A stretch of DNA of 64,000 nucleotides from assembly GCA_049315385.1 (NCBI GenBank), contig JBMOKG010000005.1:46649-110648 (forward strand). The letters are read 5' to 3'. The notes beneath the pieces are model-generated. The model saw only the letters and a program-made list of their open reading frames with translations, ran no database searches and was not told the origin of the DNA. The position numbers and the translations under genes were made by a program. How positions within the stretch are numbered: the first letter of the stretch is position 1; each line of letters opens with the position of its first letter. Of this stretch, positions 19,157 to 29,659 are shown one piece after another. This stretch comes from Bacteroidales bacterium. GTDB lineage: Bacteria > Bacteroidota > Bacteroidia > Bacteroidales > JACABE01.

Positions 19157-20581
19157 ATGGTATTTAGCAGTAGTTTATTTTTATTGTATTTTTTTCCTTT
19201 ATTTTTGATTATTTACTATTTAAGTCCTTATAAACTAAGAAACTTGCTTATTGTAATTGCAAGTGTACTTTTTTATTCCTGGGGAGGTCCAAAGTATATA
19301 TTTATAATTATATTTAGTATTTTTCTTGATTATTTTTTTGCTAAATTTATTTATAAAGCAAAAGGCAATAAGCGGAAACTTCTTTTAGTAATAGCTATTT
19401 CAATCAATCTGGGTTTTTTAGCTTATTTTAAATATGCCAATTTTTTTCTTGATAATATTAATACCACTCTGTTGTATTTTGGAAATAATGTGATTGATTT
19501 TAAGAGGGTTGCACTTCCAATTGGAATTTCATTTTTTACTTTTCATGAAATGAGTTATATCATTGATGTTTATAGGGAAGATAAACCCCCAATGAAAAAT
19601 ATTGTTGATTATTCATTGTATATTTTATTTTTCCCACAACTCATTGCAGGTCCAATTATTCGTTTCAATGAAATTGCTGACCAGATAAACAATAGAAGAT
19701 CACAGGAAACCATTGATAATAAACTATATGGATTCTATCGCTTTATTTTAGGTTTAGCAAAAAAAGTTCTGATAGCGAACGTACTTGCTGTAGAAGCAGA
19801 TAGGATATTTGCATTGAATACTTTAGATATTAATACTTCCACTGCATGGATAGGGATTATTGCTTATGCATTTCAGATTTATTTCGATTTTTCCGGTTAT
19901 TCTGATATGGCAATTGGAATTGCAAGAATGTTAGGTTTTATTTTTCCCGAAAATTTTAATAACCCTTATATTTCTCAAAGTATAACTGAATTCTGGAGAC
20001 GATGGCATATTACATTAAGTCGCTGGATGCGTGATTATTTATATATACCTTTAGGCGGAAATAAAGTTAAAACTGTATCTAGGCTTTATTTTAATCTTTG
20101 CCTAGTGTTTTTATTATCAGGACTTTGGCATGGAGCTGAATGGAATTTTGTTGCATGGGGCATATATCATGGTTTATTTCTGGTTGCAGATAGACTTTTT
20201 TTACTTAAATTCTTACAAAGAATAGGTCGGATACCAGCAGTACTAATTACCTTTGTTATAACACTAATTGGATGGACATTTTTCAGAATCTCTGATATTT
20301 CAGATGCATTTGCATTCATTGCAAAAATGTTCTCTTTCAATTTTAATTTAGAAACTCTGTATTTTGATTCAAAATTCTGGTTTATTATGGGCATTGCTAC
20401 ATTCTTTTCTTTTATAAGATTATTCAAAATTGGTGAAAGTTTGGAGAAAATATGTTTTGAGTCCCGAAATTCATTAAGTGTTCATTATTCTTTGACATTA
20501 ATAAGTTTTTTGCTGTTTGTTATAAGTGTCAGCTATATAACATCTTCTGGCTTTAATCCATTTATATATTTTAGATTCTAA
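19157..20581 (+). CDS. MBOAT O-acyltransferase (AlgI/PatA-like)
   Basis: LPIGISFFTF, FFPQLIAGPI, YFDFSGYSDMA, ENFNNPY, FWRRWHITLS, SGLWHGA, C-terminal FIYFRF. Confidence 0.93.
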   Translation: MVFSSSLFLLYFFPLFLIIYYLSPYKLRNLLIVIASVLFYSWGGPKYIFIIIFSIFLDYFFAKFIYKAKGNKRKLLLVIAISINLGFLAYFKYANFFLDNINTTLLYFGNNVIDFKRVALPIGISFFTFHEMSYIIDVYREDKPPMKNIVDYSLYILFFPQLIAGPIIRFNEIADQINNRRSQETIDNKLYGFYRFILGLAKKVLIANVLAVEADRIFALNTLDINTSTAWIGIIAYAFQIYFDFSGYSDMAIGIARMLGFIFPENFNNPYISQSITEFWRRWHITLSRWMRDYLYIPLGGNKVKTVSRLYFNLCLVFLLSGLWHGAEWNFVAWGIYHGLFLVADRLFLLKFLQRIGRIPAVLITFVITLIGWTFFRISDISDAFAFIAKMFSFNFNLETLYFDSKFWFIMGIATFFSFIRLFKIGESLEKICFESRNSLSVHYSLTLISFLLFVISVSYITSSGFNPFIYFRF

Positions 20582-20583
20582 AA

Positions 20584-21735
20584 ATGAAGATTTTGCAGAA
20601 AAAAATATTGTTTTCCTTGTTGTTAATCATGTTGATTTTGCCGTTTGTTCAATCAAAGTTAAATTTTTTGTCATTCAAGTCCTTAGACGGAGCTTACAAT
20701 ACTCCAGATAACCCAAATTTAAAGATATTAAACTGGACAAACTGGTTTAATGAAAATTTTCAAAATCAATTTAATAAAAGTATTGAAAATCATATTGGAT
20801 TTAGAAATTTCTTAGTCCGATTAAATAATCAAATTGATTATACATTTTTTCGACGTACATCTACGTTAAAAGCAATTATTGGCAAATCTGACTGCTTATA
20901 TGAAGAAGGATATATTTTGGATTATTTAGGCCGAAATTTTGTAGGTAAAGATTCTATAAATAATCAGTTGAAACGTATAAAATGGTTGCAAAATTATTTA
21001 AAAAGAGAAAAAAATATTGACTTAATTCTGGTTTTTGAACCAGGAAAAGCCAGTTTTTACCCTGAATTCATACCGGATAGTTTCCATCTTGAAACTAAAA
21101 CAATTTCAAATTATACCTTTTATTCCCAACAATGTAAAGCTTTCAACATTAATTTACTTGATTTGAATGCTTGGTTTATATCTATAAAGAATGTTTCAAA
21201 ATTTCCATTATTTCCAAAATATGGAGTACATTGGAGTACATATGGTATGTGTTTAGCTTCAGACACTTTGATTCATTTTATAGAAAAAACCAGAAAAATT
21301 GATATCCCTGATGTTTTTTGGAACGATATGCAAATAACTGATAAATTGAAAGATGTAGATTTTGATCTTGAACTTACGCTTAATTTATTATTTCCTCTTC
21401 CACATGAAACTATGGCATATCCGAACTTGCAATTTGAAAATGGTTCAGGGAAAATAAAGCCAAAAGTATTAGTTATTGCTGATAGTTATTATTGGAGTAT
21501 CTTTAATAGTAAAATTCCTGTTAATGTTTTTTCTTCACATGAATTTTGGTATTATAATTCAACAATATATCCTAATATCTGGGGTGAAAATGCTCAATTT
21601 GTGGATCATACAAAAGATAAAGAAAATATTGAAAAACAAGATATAATTATTTTAATGCTTACAGAATTAAATATGAATCGTAACTTTTTTGGTTTTATTG
21701 ATAAAATCTATAATATTTATCATTCAGCGAATTAA
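20584..21735 (+). CDS. AlgJ/AlgX/PatB-like SGNH acetyltransferase
   Basis: N-terminal anchor, HWS motif, ADSY nucleophile motif; 2 nt after the MBOAT gene. Confidence 0.78.
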   Translation: MKILQKKILFSLLLIMLILPFVQSKLNFLSFKSLDGAYNTPDNPNLKILNWTNWFNENFQNQFNKSIENHIGFRNFLVRLNNQIDYTFFRRTSTLKAIIGKSDCLYEEGYILDYLGRNFVGKDSINNQLKRIKWLQNYLKREKNIDLILVFEPGKASFYPEFIPDSFHLETKTISNYTFYSQQCKAFNINLLDLNAWFISIKNVSKFPLFPKYGVHWSTYGMCLASDTLIHFIEKTRKIDIPDVFWNDMQITDKLKDVDFDLELTLNLLFPLPHETMAYPNLQFENGSGKIKPKVLVIADSYYWSIFNSKIPVNVFSSHEFWYYNSTIYPNIWGENAQFVDHTKDKENIEKQDIIILMLTELNMNRNFFGFIDKIYNIYHSAN

Positions 21736-21867
21736 TATTGATATCATCTATTTAAATGCTTATTAAATATGTATTTATATCATATTATAAGTATTTACAA
21801 TTTCTTTTAATAGTGAAAAATACAAAAAGAATTTGCATATTTATAATTAATGTAATTAATTGAATCT

Positions 21868-22401
21868 ATGGAAAATGATATAACTTTAGAATCTTTACTT
21901 TATGATAGCAGCAAAATAACAGTCAATATAGCTGCTGATTTATTAGAGGCTCATCCGGAACAGATAGTTGGAATGCTTTTGCTTTGTAAAAGTCCGTATC
22001 CATTATCAATGAGGGCAGCACGTGTTATGCAAATATATTGTGAGAAACATCCAAATACCATTTTTCCTTTTTTAACTGAAATAACAGAAGAATTACTAAA
22101 AACGAAAGTCGATGGTGTAAAAAGAAGTTTTTTAAAAATTCTTACTTTTGTTCCAAAAATATCATCGCTTGAAAATTCAGCATTTCTATTTGATAAATGT
22201 CTTGAATGGCTTTTTTCTACGAAAGAAGCAATAGCTGTGAGGGCTTATTGTATAGATGTTTTAATTAAATTTGTTAATGAAGAACCTGAATTAAAGAACG
22301 AAATAAGTTTGGCTTTTGAAAATCTCTCTACAATAGATTCTCGTGGATTAATAAATAGATATAATAAGGCGATGAATCTAATAAAGTATAAAAAATCTTA
22401 A
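21868..22401 (+). CDS. Conserved hypothetical alpha-helical (HEAT/ARM-like) protein
   Basis: 177-aa ORF with helical repeat character (RAARV, FDKCLEWL, IAVRAYCI); function not assignable. Confidence 0.6.
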   Translation: MENDITLESLLYDSSKITVNIAADLLEAHPEQIVGMLLLCKSPYPLSMRAARVMQIYCEKHPNTIFPFLTEITEELLKTKVDGVKRSFLKILTFVPKISSLENSAFLFDKCLEWLFSTKEAIAVRAYCIDVLIKFVNEEPELKNEISLAFENLSTIDSRGLINRYNKAMNLIKYKKS

Positions 22402-22524
22402 TTTCAAGAATAAAGTTTAATTTTTCAACTTCTCTTTTTATTATTAAATCTAATTAATCCCGTTTTGATTTATCTGCAAATTTCAATTAATTGCTAACTT
22501 TGCAATTCAAATTAAAAAAATACT

Positions 22525-25383
22525 ATGTTAAAATCAATCAAACTTGTTCTTATCTGCTTTTCTATTTTTGGAATTAATTTAGTTTATTCACAAAATACAA
22601 ATCCTCAAAATCTTAAATATCAGGTTAAAGCTGTCGTTACAGATAGTATTACAGGAAAACCAATAGAGTTTGCATCTTTTAGTATCATTAATTCAAAAAC
22701 TCAAAAGATGGTTGATGGTGGTATTACCAATGCAAAAGGTGTTTTTTTAATTGAAAATGTTAATAAAGGTAAGTATCAGATAATAATTTCTTACGTTGGT
22801 TACTCTGCATATAAAAGCCTGCTTGTACTTGAAGGCTCAAATCTAATAAAAAATCTTGGAATCATCCAATTATCTAAAAAAAACATAGAACTTAACACAA
22901 CTGAAATAAAGGGGCAGGCTATTCCTTTTCAGATTAAGGAAGATACTGTTGAATTTTCAGCATCTTCATTTCAAACAGATTCTAATGCTGTAGTTGAGGA
23001 TTTGCTGAAGAAACTTCCTGGTGTTGAAGTAGATAAGGATGGGAAAATAACTGCTTATGGAAAAGAAGTTACCAAAGTGTTTGTGGACGGTAAACCGTTT
23101 TTTGGTAATGATACCAAGACTGCAACCAGAAATTTACCTGTAGATATGATAGATAAAATTCAGATTATGGATAGAAAATCAGATCAAAGTATGTTTACAC
23201 AAATTGATGATGGTGATGTTGAAAAAGTTTTAAACCTTGTTGTGAAACCAGGGCGTAAAAATGGCGTTTTTGGAAAAGCTACATTTGGTGTTGGTACTGA
23301 AGATCGTTATGATGGTAGTGGAATGATTAACTGGTTTGAAGGTGCAAGGCAGGTTTCAATTATTGGTACAGCAAACAATATCAATAATTTAAGATTTAGT
23401 GATTTTGTTTCAATGGATCAAAACAGCAAATTAAGTGGTTCAATTAATTTTTTGATGAAAGGTGGTGCCAGTAATGGCTCACGTTTTTTTGGTGGCAGAG
23501 GCGGTTCAAATGTTCCTGGTTTAAATGCTAATGGCATAAATTCTTCATGGTCAGCAGGTGCAAATTTCAGGGACAGTATTGGGAATAAGATAAGTTTTAC
23601 AGGAAGTTATATGTTCACTGCTTCAGAAAATACCAAAGAACAGAATAGCAGTCGACAAAATTTTTTAAAAGATTCTACTTTTAATTATGATAATACCGCA
23701 AATAATAAAAGTAGCAATTATAATCATAATATTAATATGGAATTTGACTATCGAATTGATAGTATGAATTCAATCTTATTTATACCTAAGATAAGAATCA
23801 CAAATTCAAGTTCTGAAGATAAGGGCGTTTTTAATTCTTATGGTAAGTCTGGCATTGATTTTAATTACGGAAATAGTCAATCAATAAGAGATAACCAATC
23901 AATCAGTTTATCAGGTGAAATGCTTGTTCGTCATCGGTTTTCTAAAAAAAGACGTACTATTTCACTTTCTGTAAAACCTGGCTATAAATCAACTAATAGC
24001 GATGGAATTGATATTTCAAACAGCTATTATAGAATATTTAATAACTTGCTTAACGATAGCATTGATCAACAAAAAAAATCATCGTCAAATGAAAAAAGTC
24101 TGGAGACCAGACTTTCTTATACAGAACCATTAACAGATAGAATGATACTTGAATTAAATTATAATTTTACAATTAATAATAGTTCTTCTGATCGTAAAGC
24201 TCTTAATTATAGTCCCGTATCCAATGACTATTTAACCTTAGATTCAACTTATACAAATCAATATGAAAATACTTTTATCAATCATAGAGCAGGTATTAAT
24301 ATAAGAATTTTTAGAAATCTATGGGATTATACTATTGGAATAGGTGTTGAGCCTTCTTTAATCAGGAGTAATTCTATTAGTAAAAGCACTATTTTAGAAC
24401 AAAATGTAGTAAATTTTTCACCTTCATTAAACATTAACTATAAACCCAAAAAAGGGAAAAGTTTAAGAATTAGATACAGAGGAACTACAAATCAACCAAG
24501 TCTTTCTCAATTACAACCAATACCTGATAATTCAAATCCACAATATATTATAAATGGAAATCCTAATTTGAAACCTGAATTTAATAATAATCTGAATATC
24601 AATTATAATGGGATGGATTTTGCCTCTATGAATTTTATTTTTGCTGGTATCATGCTTGATAATTCTATTAATAAAATTGCAAATCAAAATACTTATGATA
24701 GTTTGGGACGACAAAATATCTTACCTAAAAATGTGAATGGATATTATGCAATAAATGCATTTACTGGTTTTGGAAAACCAATAAAAAAGTTTATTATAAA
24801 TTTAACTGGCAATGCTGGGTTTTCTAATGATGTTAATTATTCTAATAATTCAACATATACAACTCAAAATCTTATACTTGGTATAAACACTAGGATTAAT
24901 TATAATGGAAGTAAGATTACTGCTGCTCCAATTGCAAAAGTAAATTATACTAAAGCTAAGTATTCACTTGCTCAACTTTCAAATACAGAATATGTAAATT
25001 ATACATTGGGTTTTGATTTTCAACTTGATTTACCTTTGAATTTTAAAATAGGCAGCGATTTTCAATATATTGCTAATACCGGTTATGGTTCAGGATATAA
25101 TTTAACTTCAAAAAACTGGAATGCTTTTATTTCAAAGCAAATATTTAAGAATAAGAAAGGCCAGTTAAAATTACAAGTATATGATATTTTAGAAGATAAT
25201 AAAAGCGTATATAGAACGACTTCAGAAAATTATATTGAAGATGGACAAGTAAATGCACTTTCAAGATTTTTCATGCTTAGTTTCTCATACAGCTTTAGTA
25301 AGTTTAACGGAAAAGAACCTGAACGAAGAGATCGAATGATGGGTATGCCAATGGGTGGTCGTAGAGGTGGAGATGATTTTTAA
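22525..25383 (+). CDS. TonB-dependent-receptor-like outer membrane beta-barrel with carboxypeptidase-regulatory-like N-domain
   Basis: Signal peptide, DSITGKPIEFAS, EDLLKKLPGVEVD plug, GNPNLKPEF, terminal SFSYSF strand; TAACTTTG box at 22495-22502. Confidence 0.85.
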   Translation: MLKSIKLVLICFSIFGINLVYSQNTNPQNLKYQVKAVVTDSITGKPIEFASFSIINSKTQKMVDGGITNAKGVFLIENVNKGKYQIIISYVGYSAYKSLLVLEGSNLIKNLGIIQLSKKNIELNTTEIKGQAIPFQIKEDTVEFSASSFQTDSNAVVEDLLKKLPGVEVDKDGKITAYGKEVTKVFVDGKPFFGNDTKTATRNLPVDMIDKIQIMDRKSDQSMFTQIDDGDVEKVLNLVVKPGRKNGVFGKATFGVGTEDRYDGSGMINWFEGARQVSIIGTANNINNLRFSDFVSMDQNSKLSGSINFLMKGGASNGSRFFGGRGGSNVPGLNANGINSSWSAGANFRDSIGNKISFTGSYMFTASENTKEQNSSRQNFLKDSTFNYDNTANNKSSNYNHNINMEFDYRIDSMNSILFIPKIRITNSSSEDKGVFNSYGKSGIDFNYGNSQSIRDNQSISLSGEMLVRHRFSKKRRTISLSVKPGYKSTNSDGIDISNSYYRIFNNLLNDSIDQQKKSSSNEKSLETRLSYTEPLTDRMILELNYNFTINNSSSDRKALNYSPVSNDYLTLDSTYTNQYENTFINHRAGINIRIFRNLWDYTIGIGVEPSLIRSNSISKSTILEQNVVNFSPSLNINYKPKKGKSLRIRYRGTTNQPSLSQLQPIPDNSNPQYIINGNPNLKPEFNNNLNINYNGMDFASMNFIFAGIMLDNSINKIANQNTYDSLGRQNILPKNVNGYYAINAFTGFGKPIKKFIINLTGNAGFSNDVNYSNNSTYTTQNLILGINTRINYNGSKITAAPIAKVNYTKAKYSLAQLSNTEYVNYTLGFDFQLDLPLNFKIGSDFQYIANTGYGSGYNLTSKNWNAFISKQIFKNKKGQLKLQVYDILEDNKSVYRTTSENYIEDGQVNALSRFFMLSFSYSFSKFNGKEPERRDRMMGMPMGGRRGGDDF

Positions 25384-25479
25384 AAATTAATTGTTAAATA
25401 CGATAATAAACTTAAAAACAATTAATTATAATGAATTGTTTTATCAAAAAATAACTAAAAAACTTAATTGCAATAATCT

Positions 25480-27555
25480 ATGAAAATAAAATTAATTGTT
25501 TTTTTTACGCTGCTTTTTGTTGGATATTCTCTTGCATTTTCTCAGCAAGGATTTAAAAGTACAGATAATAAAGATAAAAGGATGGAATGGTGGCGCGAGG
25601 CAAGATTTGGAATGTTCATACATTGGGGGCTATATTCAATACCAGCAGGACAATGGAAAGAAGAAAAAACGCATGCTGAATGGATAAGGGAAACCGCTAA
25701 AATTCCTATTGAACAATATGAAAAACTACTTACACAGTTTAATCCTGTAATGTTCAATGCGGAAGTATGGGTTAAATATGCAAAAGATGCAGGTATGAAA
25801 TATATTGTATTAACCTCAAAGCATCATGATGGATTTTGTTTGTTTGATTCAAAATATACTGAATTCAATGTTATGCATACACCTTTTAAAAGAGATATTT
25901 TAAAAGAACTGGCTGATGCCTGCCGAAAATATAATATTAAAATATGCTGGTATCATTCTATAATGGATTGGCATCATCCTGATTATTTACCTCGTAGAGA
26001 ATGGGAGAAAGAAATTAGACCAGAAAATGATGCAGATTTTAATAACTATCTTAACTATCTAAAAAATGAGCTTACTGAAATTCTTACCAATTATGGTGAT
26101 ATTAGTCTCTTGTGGTTTGACGGTGAATGGGAACCAACCTGGAATCATAAATACGCCAAAGAATTATATGATTATTTAAGAAACTTAAAACCAGATTTGA
26201 TTATAAACAATCGTATTGATACTTATCGAAATGGCATGGGTGGATTTAGTAATAATCCTCTAGCTTTAGGTGACTATGGAACTCCTGAACAAGAAATTCC
26301 TGAAAATGGTTTACCTGGAGTTGATTGGGAAAGTTGTATGACGATGAATGATCATTGGGGCTTTAATAAATTTGATAATAACTGGAAATCTACAAAAGAG
26401 CTAATTCAAAATCTTACTGATATTGCTTCAAAAGGAGGTAATTATTTATTAAACGTTGGCCCAACTGCTGAAGGTCTTTTTCCACAAGCGAGCATAGATA
26501 AATTAGCAGAAATTGGGAAATGGATGAAAATTAATGGTGAATCCATTTATGGAACAAAAGCAAGTCCATTTTCTTCAATTAGTTGGGGTAAATGTACACA
26601 AAAAGAAATAGGCAATACGTTTAGATTATATTTTCATTTATTTGATTGGCCTAAAAATAAGAAAATTGAAATAAATACACTTGAGAATGAGGTGATAAAA
26701 GCTTATTTGTTATCAGATTCAAAAAAGAAGCCATTGGTTTTTAAAAGAATAGGAATTCAACTGCTTATTTCCTTGCCTGAAAAAGCTCCTGATGCAAATA
26801 ATTCTGTTGTGGTAATAGAAATAAAAGGAAAACCTCAGGTGATTACAACTCCAGAATTTATTTATACTTATAATGTTGAACGTAACAATTCTAGCATTGA
26901 TCTGAAAAAAAAGATTGATAATGAAAAAATTAAAATTCATTTTACAACAGATGGTAAAATACCAACATTATCTTCTCCTTTGTTTTCTCAAAATATCTTA
27001 TTGAAAAAACAAAGTACTTTCAAAGCTCTTTCATTTTATGGAAATACTCAAATAGGTGAAATTACTCAGATTAAACTACCATTATCTTTTAAAATAAAAC
27101 CAGTTTTAAAGTATGAAGCCAGTGAAAAATACAATGCAAAAGGAGTTGAAAGTTTGACTGATGGAGAATTGGGAAGTAAAGATTTTGCCGATAAATCATG
27201 GTTAGGGTTCGAAGGTGTTGATTTTAATGCAACTCTTGATTTAGGTAAATTAACTGACATACATCATTTTGAACTTCAGTATCTTGTAGCAAATAAATCA
27301 TGGATATTTCAACCAACAGAAATTCTGGTTGAAGCATCAGTAGATGGTATTCATTTTAAGACCATTGCTGTGGATAATAATAAGCTTGAAGACTGGCAAA
27401 AATGTAATGGTATTAAAACTTTTGTTAAGGATACTGAATCTGTCAATGCACGTTATGTTCGATTTCAAGCTAAAAATAGAGGCGTTTGCCCACCCAATCA
27501 TCCGGGGGAAGGAGGGAAAGCGTGGGTTTTTGTGAATGAAATTGTAGTAGATTAA
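25480..27555 (+). CDS. Alpha-L-fucosidase (GH29) with C-terminal Fn3-like and F5/8 (CBM32-like) domains
   Basis: RFGMFIHWGLYS, TSKHHDGF, LWFDGEW nucleophile, NNR, LLNVGP; C-terminal LTDG..G, ARYVRF, WVFVNEI. Confidence 0.93.
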   Translation: MKIKLIVFFTLLFVGYSLAFSQQGFKSTDNKDKRMEWWREARFGMFIHWGLYSIPAGQWKEEKTHAEWIRETAKIPIEQYEKLLTQFNPVMFNAEVWVKYAKDAGMKYIVLTSKHHDGFCLFDSKYTEFNVMHTPFKRDILKELADACRKYNIKICWYHSIMDWHHPDYLPRREWEKEIRPENDADFNNYLNYLKNELTEILTNYGDISLLWFDGEWEPTWNHKYAKELYDYLRNLKPDLIINNRIDTYRNGMGGFSNNPLALGDYGTPEQEIPENGLPGVDWESCMTMNDHWGFNKFDNNWKSTKELIQNLTDIASKGGNYLLNVGPTAEGLFPQASIDKLAEIGKWMKINGESIYGTKASPFSSISWGKCTQKEIGNTFRLYFHLFDWPKNKKIEINTLENEVIKAYLLSDSKKKPLVFKRIGIQLLISLPEKAPDANNSVVVIEIKGKPQVITTPEFIYTYNVERNNSSIDLKKKIDNEKIKIHFTTDGKIPTLSSPLFSQNILLKKQSTFKALSFYGNTQIGEITQIKLPLSFKIKPVLKYEASEKYNAKGVESLTDGELGSKDFADKSWLGFEGVDFNATLDLGKLTDIHHFELQYLVANKSWIFQPTEILVEASVDGIHFKTIAVDNNKLEDWQKCNGIKTFVKDTESVNARYVRFQAKNRGVCPPNHPGEGGKAWVFVNEIVVD

Positions 27556-27890
27556 TAATTGAATGTAGATTATGTAAATTGAATATTGTCAAATTAAAAG
27601 GAATTAAAACATAGTGAAATTAATCCATATTATGCGTAGTATTTTCTTTTTTTTGTTTTAATTTCAAATAATAATTACACAATTCTTTACTTTTAAATGA
27701 TTTAATATAAATTAATTATATGTTTTTAGATTTAGATTTAATCAATTCAGAATTGTTAATTAACCGAAAATATAATTAATTCTAATAATTCAATATTTGA
27801 AAATTGATAGATTTCCTTTTTTGTTTTTTCTTGATAAATAATTGTTTATTAAAAACAATTATTTAAAAACAAAATTAATATTGGTAGTTT

Positions 27891-28727
27891 TTAGATTAGC
27901 ATATTAATGGCTGTATATCCTAAGAATACACCAAATAGACAAAGAGCAATGCCCAAGCATTGGATTATCCTGTTCATTATAATTACATTGAGTTTTGCCC
28001 GATATTTTACCAGAAAATATGAAAGATAATAAAACCATATAATACTACCTAATGCTAAAAAGAAAGCATAAAAAATGCTTATCAATAAAGGAAAATAATT
28101 TGGTAATCTGGAATTGTTTTCTTTATGAATTTCTTTAGCTATAGTATTTATACTGTCGACTTTTTTTAAATAAGCAATTGTTGTTTGAGTGTCAATTGTT
28201 TTTCCTTCGATATTATTTATTTGCTGTACATTTTTATCTATCATTGCATCTAAGCCCCCAGTATTTAAACCTAATGAAGCTACCATAGATATAACAAAGA
28301 ATGATGAAGTTAACCAGCCAATGAAAAGAGTAGGGTTGAGGAAGTTTAACATAAATCCTGTCCAAAATCCACCTCTTTCTTTTTTGATTTTTTGAGAAAG
28401 ATTACTTTTTTCATCAAGATGAACCAGATCGAGTTTTGTTTTGGTAATTTTGTATCCAATATACAATAAAAAAACAGCTCCACCTAATAAAATATATGGA
28501 ATTATCGGTTTGTAAAGTGAATACAATTTTGTAAGTCCGAAAACTGCAATAAAAACGTAGATGAAATCTGCAAAAGATGCACCAATTGTAGCCAGAATAC
28601 AATATCTCATTTTACCTTTCAATGCATTGGAAGTAATTAAAATGCTGATAGGGCCTGCAATGGGCATAGAAAAAAGAAAGCCTACAATGATGCCTACAAT
28701 AGACATAGTAATTAAACTTTCAGTCAT
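27891..28727 (-). CDS. LysE-family translocator with hydrophilic insertion
   Basis: SMPIAGPI N-terminal motif, GASFADFIY, GFMLNFLNP, multiple TM helices. Confidence 0.8.
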   Translation of the reverse strand: MTESLITMSIVGIIVGFLFSMPIAGPISILITSNALKGKMRYCILATIGASFADFIYVFIAVFGLTKLYSLYKPIIPYILLGGAVFLLYIGYKITKTKLDLVHLDEKSNLSQKIKKERGGFWTGFMLNFLNPTLFIGWLTSSFFVISMVASLGLNTGGLDAMIDKNVQQINNIEGKTIDTQTTIAYLKKVDSINTIAKEIHKENNSRLPNYFPLLISIFYAFFLALGSIIWFYYLSYFLVKYRAKLNVIIMNRIIQCLGIALCLFGVFLGYTAINMLI

Positions 28728-28745
28728 ATTAGGTTAATTTGATTA

Positions 28746-29474
28746 TTAAAAATAGTTTTTCATAATAGTTGCAGCTGTATTCAGGTCAGCTTCTGTATCA
28801 ATTTCCATGCAAATATACTCAGTTGTATCAACAATAAAAATATCTTCTCCTGTTTTGATCATTTCTTCAAAAGCTACTTCATAAAAAATATTCACCATTT
28901 TTTCTTTAATAACTTTACGTTCAATTACTTCAAATAATTTATCTAATGTTCGCTTTCCGAATTTTTCAATTCCAATAGACTCCCCAATAGCAATGGAGGG
29001 GGAAACAATTTTGCTGATTTCAAGTACTCTGCCGTTATTGTCTACTTTTACTTTAATTTCTTCATCACTAACTTTGTGACGTTTAAGAGCCAAGCAATTT
29101 TCATATCCTGACGTTAGCAATGCTGTAATAATTTGAGGATCAAAAATTATATCGCTATCCATTAAAAGCATTTCTTCACCCAATAAGGCATCTTTTGCAA
29201 GCCAAAGTGAATATATATTGTTTGTGGAATCATATACATCATTGTATATAAAGGTAACATTTAGTAATGGGAAATTAATGGAAATGAAATCTTTAATTTG
29301 ATCTTCAAGATAGCCGGTAACTATTACTAAATCAATAATATTATTTGCTATAAGATTTTCAATACTAAGTTGAAGAATGGTTTTTTCTCCTACCTTTAAT
29401 AAACATTTTGGTGTATTATTTGTAAGTGGTCTTAAACGGGATGCAATGCCTGCTGCTAAAATTACTGCTTTCAT
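28746..29474 (-). CDS. Phosphocholine/aminoalcohol-phosphate cytidylyltransferase (LicC-like NTP transferase)
   Basis: ILAAGIASRLRPLT..PKCLL, TNNIYSL, MDSD, GESIGI, EIDT..DL. Confidence 0.88.
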   Translation of the reverse strand: MKAVILAAGIASRLRPLTNNTPKCLLKVGEKTILQLSIENLIANNIIDLVIVTGYLEDQIKDFISINFPLLNVTFIYNDVYDSTNNIYSLWLAKDALLGEEMLLMDSDIIFDPQIITALLTSGYENCLALKRHKVSDEEIKVKVDNNGRVLEISKIVSPSIAIGESIGIEKFGKRTLDKLFEVIERKVIKEKMVNIFYEVAFEEMIKTGEDIFIVDTTEYICMEIDTEADLNTAATIMKNYF

Positions 29475-29659
29475 TTTAATAAATTGATGAATGCAAAAGT
29501 AATGAAAAAATAATTATGAATAATAAAGGATGAATAATGAATTATTCAAAATGAAAGTTTCATTATATGTAAGGACTTTGAATTTTAAATTATTTATTTA
29601 TTATCTGATAATTAATACATTTTTTGATTTAATTAATGAAAATGGAATAGAAATAACAT

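Noticed and set aside
27556-27890. 335-bp extremely AT-rich gap between convergent genes as a possible ncRNA or origin
   Set aside because: No stable GC stem, DnaA-box cluster, repeats or ORF seen
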